Shown in pieces: positions 57,089 through 64,000 of a DNA stretch of 64,000 nucleotides (the stretch's first letter is position 1; each line of letters starts with the position of its first letter). The DNA is from Paraspadella gotoi (Eukaryota > Animalia > Chaetognatha). Made by a program: the position numbers and the translations under genes. Where the stretch lies: assembly GCA_051294375.1 (NCBI GenBank), contig CM119263.1, forward strand, positions 31,417,476-31,481,475, written 5' to 3'. The notes under the pieces were generated by a model, which was given only the letters and a program-made list of their open reading frames with translations, ran no database searches and was not told the origin of the DNA.

Positions 57089-58325
57089 CTGTGACTTTAT
57101 ATTTTCAATTTTCTACCGAATATTTTAACAGAAACGTATAATTTGTATCTTTTATGTAAGCCTAAATCAACAATAAGATATGAGTTACTTTTTACCAACT
57201 AATTAAAATCGAGGTAAAAAATAAAATAATTTTCATTTAATATGTTGGCGCTTCTACTTATTAATAAAAATGTATATGAAAAAGATAAAAATGTCAAAAT
57301 ATAAACCGTTCTACATCGATTCGAGACTAACATCTCATAATCGCCGTGATAGAATTCGAATCACTTGCTCTTGCTTTACTGATATATGCAAAGCTCTCGT
57401 TTCTCCTCTCTCTCTCTCTGTCCCTCCCATTCTTGATGATCTTTTTCGCCCTTCCTCTTCGATCTTTTCCTTTTCTTCCTTTTTCTCTTCTTTACTTCCT
57501 CTCTTTTCTTTCCTCTTTTCTTTCCTTCTTTTTCCTCCATTTCTTTATTCTTTTCTTCCCTTCTTTTTTCCCAATTTTTACTCCTTTCCTTTCCTCCTTT
57601 TCTCTGCTTCTTTTCTTTCCATCTTTTCTTTCCTCCATTTTCTTTTCTCTTATCTTCCTCCCTTTTCTTTCCTTCTTTTTTTTCTTTCTTTCTTTCCTTA
57701 TTTTCTTTTCTCCCTTTTTCTCTTTTCTTCTTTTCTTTCCTCTTTTTTCATTCCTTTTCCTTCTTTTCTTTCTCCTTTTCTTTCCTCTTATTTTGCTCTT
57801 TTACTTTCTTCTTTCTCTCCTTTTCTCCTCCCCTTTCCTCCCTCCTTTCCCTTTCCTCTTTTTCTTCTCAAAGGTCATTTCATCTCTTTTTCATAAACAT
57901 TAATGATTTTTTCTTTTTATAAAAGGAAAAAGAAAATCTAAACTAAAGAAGTAAATATGAACAAAATTAATTCTTTTCAAAATTAAAACGATTTTGAAAT
58001 TTTTATGAATCAACTTTTAGCGAAATTTTCAACAAAATTTTTTTTTCTCAAACAAAGATTTAAAAAAAACTTCACGACGAGATTAAACGTCGTAAATCTC
58101 TCTCTCTCTCTCTCTTCTCTCTTCTTATCCTTTCTTCTCTCTCTCTTCCTCTCTTCTTCTCTCTCTCCTCTACCATTCTCTTCTGGAATTTAAATATTAA
58201 AAGCTATATATTAAATGCTACATATTAATGATGCGAGACAGACAGACTGACTCTCTACTTCTACTGCTCTTTCCACACTCGTTGAATTTTAAATGCGTTC
58301 CAGACTCTTAAGGCTCAACAAAAGG

Positions 58326-58388
<63 letters not shown>

Positions 58389-59692
58389 CAAATGTTTTTT
58401 CCTTCATTTTTATCTCAAGAAATCGTCTTTGCTCCTTTTTCTCCCTTTTTTCCATTTGGTTCCATTTTCCTCCTTTTTCTCAATTTTATTTTATTTTTCT
58501 CCAATTCCCTCCATTTTCCTTCTTCCTTTTGCATCCATTTTCGTCCATTTCCCACCATTTTTTTCTCTTTCTATCCATTTTTCCTTTCTCCTTTTGCATC
58601 CATTTTCCCTTTCTCTTCTAATTCTGTGGAATTCCTATGCATTTTAAATGAGGACGTTCTATTTCTAACACCATAAGGAGATTGGGCTAAAGAAGAAACC
58701 ATAGAAAAAGAAAAGAAAAAATCAAAAGTCAAAAAGAGGAAAAAGAAAAAAGAAAAATAAAAGAAAAGGAAAAAAGAGATGATGGATTTCGTCTGATATC
58801 AAATCTGAAGAGCATCATTTCTCGCGCCTCTTTTCTCTTCCTTTCCTTATACTTCTTTTTCCTTCCTCTTCTCTTTCCTTCCTCCTCTCTTTCCTTCTCT
58901 TTTCTTACTCCTCTCTTTCCTTCCTCTTCTCTTCTCTTACTTCTCTCCTCCCTCCTCTCTTTCCTTACTCCTCTCTTTACTTCCTCTTCTCTTTCCTTAC
59001 TACTCTCTTTCCTTACTCCTATATTTCCTTCTCCCTATCTTCCTCCACTTATCTCGTAAATCTTCCTCTCTCTCTCTTTCAGCCCCGACTGACATTTTAT
59101 CCTTCCATTTAACTCATCTCCTTCTCTCTAACCTCTCTATACTCTCTAACCTATCTATCCACTTCTCTTTTTCCCTTCCCTGTCTATCCTCTCTATCCAC
59201 TTTTCTTTTTCTCTTCCCTGTCTATCCTCTCTAACCTCTCTATCCACTTCTCTTTTTCTCTTCCCTGTCTATCCTCTCTATCCTCTCCTCTTTCTCTCTT
59301 ACCTGTCTATCCTCTTTAACCTCTCTATCGTCTCTTTCCTCTTCTCTTTCTCTCTTCTTCCTCATCTCTTCATATCTTCTACCACATTAACCAGTAACCA
59401 CAGTAATGATGTCATTAACGACTTTAATTAATCGGTTTTCAATCATTAATTTCTCGCCTCATCCTAACTCGGACCCGCAGGCGCTCATTGGCTGCCTTTT
59501 ATGTCTTCTCTCTCTTTGTCTCTCTCTCTCTCTCTCTTTGTCTCTCTCTCTCTCTCTTTGTCTCTCTCTCTCTCTCTCTTTCTCTCTTTCTCTCTCTCTC
59601 CATCCCTCCCAAGAAATCCTCTTCTCCTCTCTCTCTCTCTGCTCTCTCTCTCTCTCTTCATCTCTCTCTCTCTCTCTCTCTCTATCCTTCTA

Positions 59693-59723
<31 letters not shown>

Positions 59724-60866
59724 ATCTCTCTCTCTTGTTCTTCTCTCCCTCTTTCCCTCTCTCTTTTGTTTTATGTTCTTTTTTAAATGTTACTTTTTTC
59801 TATTCATTTTATCTTTTTATTTCCTTGATTCATAATTTTCTCCGCTCATTTCATTCTACATCGACATCATAATGATCATTAACACTATCATTACAATCAT
59901 CATCATCATCATCATGATCATTATCACCATCATTACCATCATCAAGTGGAGGACGGAATTTTTAGTGATAAAGAATTCGTGACCAAAGTAAAGTGAGTTT
60001 TATTCAGAGTAACATCGAGGGGAAAATGCGCGAAGGAATAAAATAACAATGACTTTTATATGAACTACTTTGTTTATCAAAGTAGGAATTCGAAAAGGGA
60101 ATGGAATTTTAGGCCGAGAAATATTATTGACATTTTTGTAATTTCAAGGAATTTTCACATTCAATCTTCACTATCATGATCATTATCACCATCATTACAA
60201 TGATCATCATCATGATCATTATCACCATCATTACAATGATCATCATCATGATCATTATCACCATAATTACAATGATCTTCATCACCATCATCACCCAGAC
60301 TTTTTCACCTCAACATCAGAAAATCGTCGCACCTGGAAATTGTCTTTTCATCATCGGCCCGAGGGGACTCGTTTCATAAAGACCGCACCATAGTGGTTTC
60401 GTTAGAGGAGCCTTTTCCATAACGGCCTAGCTCCATAGTGACCTGTCACCATAGCGGCCTAAATCCTTAGTGGCCTGGCACCATAGCGTGCTAGAAATAC
60501 CCTTTCACCCGAAATTCTCAAAGGTTGTTACCACTCTGGGTCAGGTGGGGTCAGTTGGGGTCAGAGGTTCGAGGTTCAATCTTAATCTGGAATCCGCCGT
60601 GTTTTATTCTCGCCTTAACCAGGACCAGTTTAATCTTGGTTTAATCTCTGATTAATCTCGGTTTGATCTTTGAGTTGACCTGTTTTATTCTAGTTCTTAA
60701 ACTCGGTTTCATTATTGATTAAACTCTGTTTTAGAATTTCATATCAAAGTGATGACAATTGTATTCTTAAAAATATTAACTGAGAAATAGAATTTATATT
60801 TATTTTTTTCTCAAGCTAATTCTGTGCACAACCCTAATTCTGAAAACTGAACAACTCAATCTCCTT

Positions 60867-60915
<49 letters not shown>

Positions 60916-60924
60916 TCTCTCTCT

Positions 60925-60982
<58 letters not shown>

Positions 60983-62840
60983 CTCTCTCAGGTCTCAGAT
61001 TTAACGAGGACGGATTTAATGAAATGACGGAATTAACGAAACTGCCTCGCGAGCCCACAAAACCTTTTTTCTGTCCGATCTACTGCACTGTACCCGCCGA
61101 TGGCCTTGTGGCCAAACTAGAGATTAGCGTTGAGAAGGTCCCAGGTTCCAATCTAACAAAGGTTACTGCGAATAAGAGGTTGCGCCTTTTAATCCGCCGA
61201 CAGTGGGAGGCATTTGCCGGATTCGATCGTCCGCCGGAAACATTTATTCCGGTCCTCGAAATCTCGGCGCGCTCTTTGTCGAAAGAGGGCGTTGCATCCG
61301 TTTTTTAAAATCTGATTTAATGAGTGGATCGAATTTTTGTTCGAATTGCGACGTCGAATATCATTTAATCCATAAGAGATGTCGCCCTTGTTTTTGTATC
61401 GAGATAATGGATAACTTGTGGCAGACTTAAAGACTTAAAGACTTAAAGCTGCCTCAAACTTTTAATTCTTTGTTTCTGAAACTTTTCTTATATTTGAAGG
61501 AAACTGATTCTTATTTCATACTTGCACCTTTGATAAAGGCCGAAAACTCTTCGAAATTTTGTGACTTTCTCGATAAATTAAGATCAAAAACCATCCAATT
61601 TGAAACTACAGATCTTGCCAGAATGAATTCTCTGTCAGAGACTCTGAACAACTAAATACCTCATTTAGTCACCTCAATCGATAAAAATTTTATAAAATGG
61701 GAGAAAAAAACTTGAAAAAAAAAGAAAATAAATCTTGGCGAAAAAAAAAAGAACTGGGAAGTTTCCGACTTTTGCGCCGCAGTAACTTGTTTTCGAAATG
61801 ATAACTCATTATCCTCATTAACCTAGTTATGAGTTATAATTTGAGTTGGACAGATAATGGACGGACAGACTGATCGACGAACAATTTCGTTGTTTCATTT
61901 ATTTCTTTGAGGTTTTCAGTCTTTAACTTTTTTGTTATATTTTTATCTTTTAAACTCTGTTTTTTTTTCGAAAGGGAATAAGGGAGAGAAGAGAACATAA
62001 TTTTGGAAACCAAGATCCATTTGCACCGCATAGCCCCGCCCCGCACTGGGCCAGGACCGCACTGGCCCGGGACCGCACTGATCCAGGACCGCTGGTCTCC
62101 GTTCTGTTCTGGGCCTTTCCAAAAAAAAATATCTTCGTTTCTTTGAAAGAAGAAAAAAAATCCATTTACACTTTTTCGTTTCCAAATCTTTCCTGTCAAA
62201 ATTTTTTTTTATATATATCAGAGAATTTTATTTATTTTGCTATGTGAAAATATTACCATATTGACCTAAAATGGTAAAACTTTCAAACATTAATTTTGAA
62301 GGTCTTAAAAATCTATTTCAACGCTTGTTGAAAGCTTGAAGGAGTTTCGTTTTGATATTTATCTTGTCGTCAGAAAGATCGCGTCCATAAGTCATCACAT
62401 CGTACAACTGGATTTTTTTTTTCATTTATTTATTTATTTATTCATTTATTTATTTATTTATTTATTATTTTTATTATTTTTATTTTTATCTGCATATTTA
62501 AAATATTACTTTGCTAAATTGAAAGATTATAACTATACAATTTTGAAACAGAAATAAAAAACCTAAATAGCAACTTGTTTTCTATCAGGGAAAAGAGAGA
62601 AAATAACTAATATTAATAAAACAAACAAATGAAAGACGAAAAAGATGCCGGGAGAAAAAAACGATTAATGAAAAGTAAAATAAAGGATAAAAGGAAAGAA
62701 AAAGGAAAATAAAGGATAAAAAGAAAAGGAAAATAAAGGATAAAAGGAAAAGAAAAAGTGAAGAAAACAAAGGAGAAAAAAAAATGACAAGAAAAATGAA
62801 AAAGGAAAGAGAAAGGGAGAGGAGACTAAGGAGAGAAGAG

Positions 62841-62886
<46 letters not shown>

Positions 62887-64000
62887 TGAAGAGACAAAGA
62901 GAGAAATAGATCGAGAGAGAGAGAGGGAGCGCGCCTTTGTAAGCAATCGGTGATCGTAATGGTCGGCTCCGAATTCACTGCCTTCAGAAACTGTCGACGA
63001 AAGAAAGAGAGAGAGAGGGGGGGGGGGGGAAGAGAGAGAGGAAAAAAATTGCCTTCGAAGCAGAAAATAAAAAAAAGTTTTTTATGAAAGGAAAGAATAA
63101 AAGTGAATGGAAAGAGTTTAACAGGAAAGACTATGAATTGAAAGTAGATGTCATGAAGTTAAACTTTTTTAAAATCATGAACCCTGTTTATAAGTTTTAT
63201 TAATAATAACAGACCTAATATTGATTTAAATCATGTTGACCGTCCATTGCACACAAGATCCCGAACTTTGGATCGGACTGTAGTCCGACACTACAGAATG
63301 GTTAAACGCCCTGACGCGCTGTCTTTCGTGAATCAGCAGGGCGCGAACACGAGTCCTTTGGGTTGGGAGGAGCTCGTGCTACCTCCGGGGCCATAGGTGC
63401 TGCTGATTCTCGGATGAGTAACGGGGTATGAAATACTACCGCTACAGAGTATAGTTTATAAGTTTTAATAAAAAGTAAAGACATATACAGACTGACGAAA
63501 TTTCAAGTTCGCCTAAATATTTGAAAGTGGAAAAAAAGGGGGGAAAAGAAGAAAAAGTAAAAAAAAGTAGAAAAAAGTGGTAAAAAAAGTGTAAAAAGTA
63601 AGAAAAAGTGGGAAAAAGTTGAAAAAAAGGGTAAAAAATCATCTCGTCGTGAAAAGAGATTTATTTTGACGAAAAAGAAATGAAGATGAAATTTAGCGTA
63701 AAATTGGAAATTAAGTTGATGATCGGGTGATTTAGAATATATTTTTCGTAGAGTATTACGGAAAATATTTAAAAAGAAAATAATATTTTAAACTGAAAAT
63801 TATGAACGTTCAGAAAATCCGGTTGTCATATCAAGGCTATTTTGAACTAACTGAAAAAAAAATCGTTTATTTATATAAACTAATTTAAATTCATTATCTT
63901 TTTCGCTTTTCCACTTCAACCGTTGCGACTGAAGCTTTTCTGCGTCCCAGATTTTTTTGCCCTGATTGTTGTAGTTGTAGTCGCTGTCGTCGTCGTCGTT

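Noticed and set aside
57270-60300. Long Phe/Leu/Ser-rich and Ile/Thr-rich ORFs
   Set aside because: Low-complexity polypyrimidine and (CAT)n tracts.
61096-61155. tRNA gene
   Set aside because: Only loose A/B-box-like motifs and no cloverleaf; at most a decayed SINE head.

Overview
AT-rich, (CT)n-microsatellite-rich eukaryotic DNA with GC-richer exons, most likely from an invertebrate animal (inference from FAM183, a multi-domain sHSP and Penelope elements). It has three N-gaps (16867-16876, 36102-36126, 39848-39872). I could assemble three spliced + strand genes by hand with consistent intron phases: calcineurin A (712-10088, 6 exons, 543 aa), FAM183/CFAP144 (19798-20543, 3 exons, 134 aa, one GC-AG intron) and a ~695-aa small heat-shock protein with three tandem alpha-crystallin domains behind a Ser-rich heptad repeat (22547-30950, 11 coding exons, one GC-AG intron). 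From 31.7 to 46 kb lies a tandem cluster of three diverged paralogs that I do not recognise (helix / poly-Glu loop / helix / NLS-like tail). The right half is dominated by inverted structures: a 3.7-kb palindrome with two Penelope-type minimal hammerhead motifs, an ~8-kb palindrome that may be an assembly or amplification artefact, and a truncated Penelope-like retroelement (GIY-YIG fragment, inverted pLTR, hammerhead, tail, 12-bp TSD) nested in a Helentron/DINE-1-like repeat. All assignments come from reading the sequence; no searches were run.
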